Shown here piece after piece: positions 61,931 through 64,000 of a stretch of 64,000 nucleotides of DNA (the first letter of the stretch is position 1; each line of letters opens with the position of its first letter). This DNA comes from Scyliorhinus canicula (taxonomy: Eukaryota), in assembly GCF_902713615.1 (NCBI RefSeq), contig NC_052146.1:310016335-310080334 (forward strand). The letters run 5' to 3'. Under the pieces are notes generated by a model. That model had not been told where the DNA came from and did not search any database. It saw only the letters and a list, made by a program, of their open reading frames with translations. A program made the translations under genes and the position numbers.

Positions 61931-63539
61931 TAGGACACGCCCAGCCATCAGAGCACCCACCCCTTTCTTGGTCAAGATTAATATGAGTGATCAGGAAGCA
62001 GGCCCAATTAATTGGGGCCAAGTTCAAGGCCCACCCAAAAGCTCGCGAAGCCCCTTCGGGTATAAGAAGAAACCCCCGCGAGAGAATCGCTCTCTTGGAC
62101 TTGGCTCTCAAAGTGGACAGACCCATCCACCATCTGCAGCAGAAGCAAGTGAGTCCAAGGTCAACGCTCGCTACCAGACGGACGACCTTAGCTGTTCTCC
62201 TGTATACCTTTGAACCCAACAGCCTCAGATCCGAACAACGGCCATTGTTCCTCTGACTGAGTGGGCACCTGAAGCTAAGTATAGGCGTTAGTGTTAGAGA
62301 TAGTTTAGTCTGTAGTATTTTGTGCATGCGAAGATATTATTGTGTGTGCAAATAAATGGTATTGACTTTGAATTAACTAACTGGTATATTGGCTCTTCAA
62401 TCAGTATTCGGGTTTGAACCTTGTGGCGGTATCGACAGATACCTGGCGACTCTAAAACAAACGTAATTAGGATTAAGGAAGGTGACCATATTGACCGCCA
62501 TATTTAGAACCAGAGAAAGAGAGAATAGAGGTACTCTATTCTACGTTGGTACTTGTATTGCCTCAGTATATAGGTCCTAACTTTCCCTTATTCCAGACAC
62601 TGGATTTTCACACACTGCTCCTCACACTGACCAGCCAATCAATTTACCAATTTCCTGTGTCCTTGAGTTTGTCGTCTTCCCCAAATGCTGCCTCACAGCA
62701 GGTGAAATACTCATCAAGTAACTCGCTGCTCTCCTGTAGCAGAACAAGGCAACTTTCTGAAGGGTGGAAAAGTTACAGAGCAAATAAGCAACTCCTTCCC
62801 CTCTGCACCGAATTCCCGCTTTGATCCAGATTCCTAAATATCCTCACTCAATCTGTACGCTTGAACGAGTCCCTTTCTCAAGCAGAGCTGTGAAGAGTCG
62901 TCACACATAATTTCCTGTTTGTCGACACCTTTTCAGCATTGTTATTCTTATCTGATTAATCACTTTAACATTGTCATCCAACCAGCATTCATCTTTAAGG
63001 TCGTATTCCCTTATAAGGGATGACCTCCCCTTGTCCCCTTTGCTATTTTCATGCCTGGTGTTGGACATCTCACCCTTATTGTATTTATATTTCAACAAGG
63101 AAACGTGTGGTCTATGTTTCTACAGAAACGTTTGCAACATGTGGTTGTGAAGGTTGACAGCTTGATCAGCGTTAGCTGCTGAAGTGAGCTGCACTCATAA
63201 ATTGACCAAATATAATGACCAGCAAGCCTCGCGATTGATCATGGCCCTCTTTTTATACTTCTGCACCGGGGGCTTCTGCCAGGGCCGGGGGGAGGGGCGG
63301 GAGGCGGCCAGGAGGTGGACTGTGGGGTCGGGGTGGACGGGCACGGAACATCATTGCTGCAGCCGGCAAGGCAGCCATGCAGCTAACAGCCCACTGTGAA
63401 CTTAGGGTCAGGGGATGTAGAGGTCCCTCCCCCAGAGAACCCCCTAGGTGCCCTCTGGCCCCAGCCGACCCATCAGCTGTGTGGACACGCTCCAGTACAA
63501 CCAGTGCCATCTTGTTGTCTGAGATAAGTGTGCGGGAGG

Positions 63540-64000
63540 AGTGTAATGTGTGTGTGTGGCTGGGATGAGTGTGTGTGGGGAGTGTAATGTGTGTGTGCGG
63601 CTGGGATGAGTGTGTGTGGGGAGTGTAATGTGTGTGTGCGGCTGGGATGAGTGTGTGTGGGGAGTGTAATGTGTGTGTGTTGCTGGGATGAGTGTGTGTG
63701 GGGAGTGTAATGTGTGTGTGCAGCTGGGATGAGTGTGTGTGGGGAGTGTAATGTGTGTGTGCGGCTGGGATGTGTGTGTGTGGGGAGTGTAATGTGTGTG
63801 TGCGACTGGGATGTGTGTGTGGGGAGTGTAAAGTGTGTGTGCGGCTGTGTTGAGTGTGTGTGGGGAGTGTAATGTGTGTGCGGCTGGGATGAGTGTGTGT
63901 GGGGAGTGTAATGTGTGTGTGCAGCTGGGATGAGTGTGTGTGAGGAGTGTAATGTGTGTGCGGCTGGGATGAGTGTGTGTGGGGCGTGTAATGAGTGTGT
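63540..64000 (+). repeat. About 40-bp GT-rich minisatellite running off the window end
   Basis: GCGGCTGGGATGAGTGTGTGTGGGGAGTGTAATGTGTGTGT units with variable (GT)n. Confidence 0.9.

Overview
Repeat-dense vertebrate genomic DNA, by inference from a cartilaginous fish: it carries HE1/V-SINE-type SINEs sharing a 3' tail with a CR1 LINE, plus L1/Tx1, Penelope, Gypsy/LTR and PIF/Harbinger elements. Most entries in the ORF track are transposon fragments or noise. Hidden between the repeats on the minus strand is a multi-exon immunoreceptor locus that the ORF track shows only in part. There are two intact 345-nt exons encoding antigen-receptor-like V domains with a germline-joined J-like end (54574-54918 and 43326-43670) and a third, pseudogenised V exon (36346-36550). 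Downstream lie a 117-nt transmembrane exon (34302-34418) and short cytoplasmic exons (30919-30992, 29169-29210, 28005-28047, 27562-27572). These have canonical AG/GT boundaries and compatible phases, and splice into V(J)-TM-cytoplasmic tail with a complete ITAM (DPTYT|ALQQPTSSVYSEI) split by a phase-0 intron at the position used in CD3/CD79/FcR-gamma. The two intact V exons differ at 19 codons, all non-synonymous and concentrated around CDR2. They lie in a ~10-11 kb tandem duplication, and the cytoplasmic exon block is also duplicated (about 11.5-27.4 kb). No leader exon, RSS or C domain was found. The Penelope repeats carry minimal hammerhead ribozymes.
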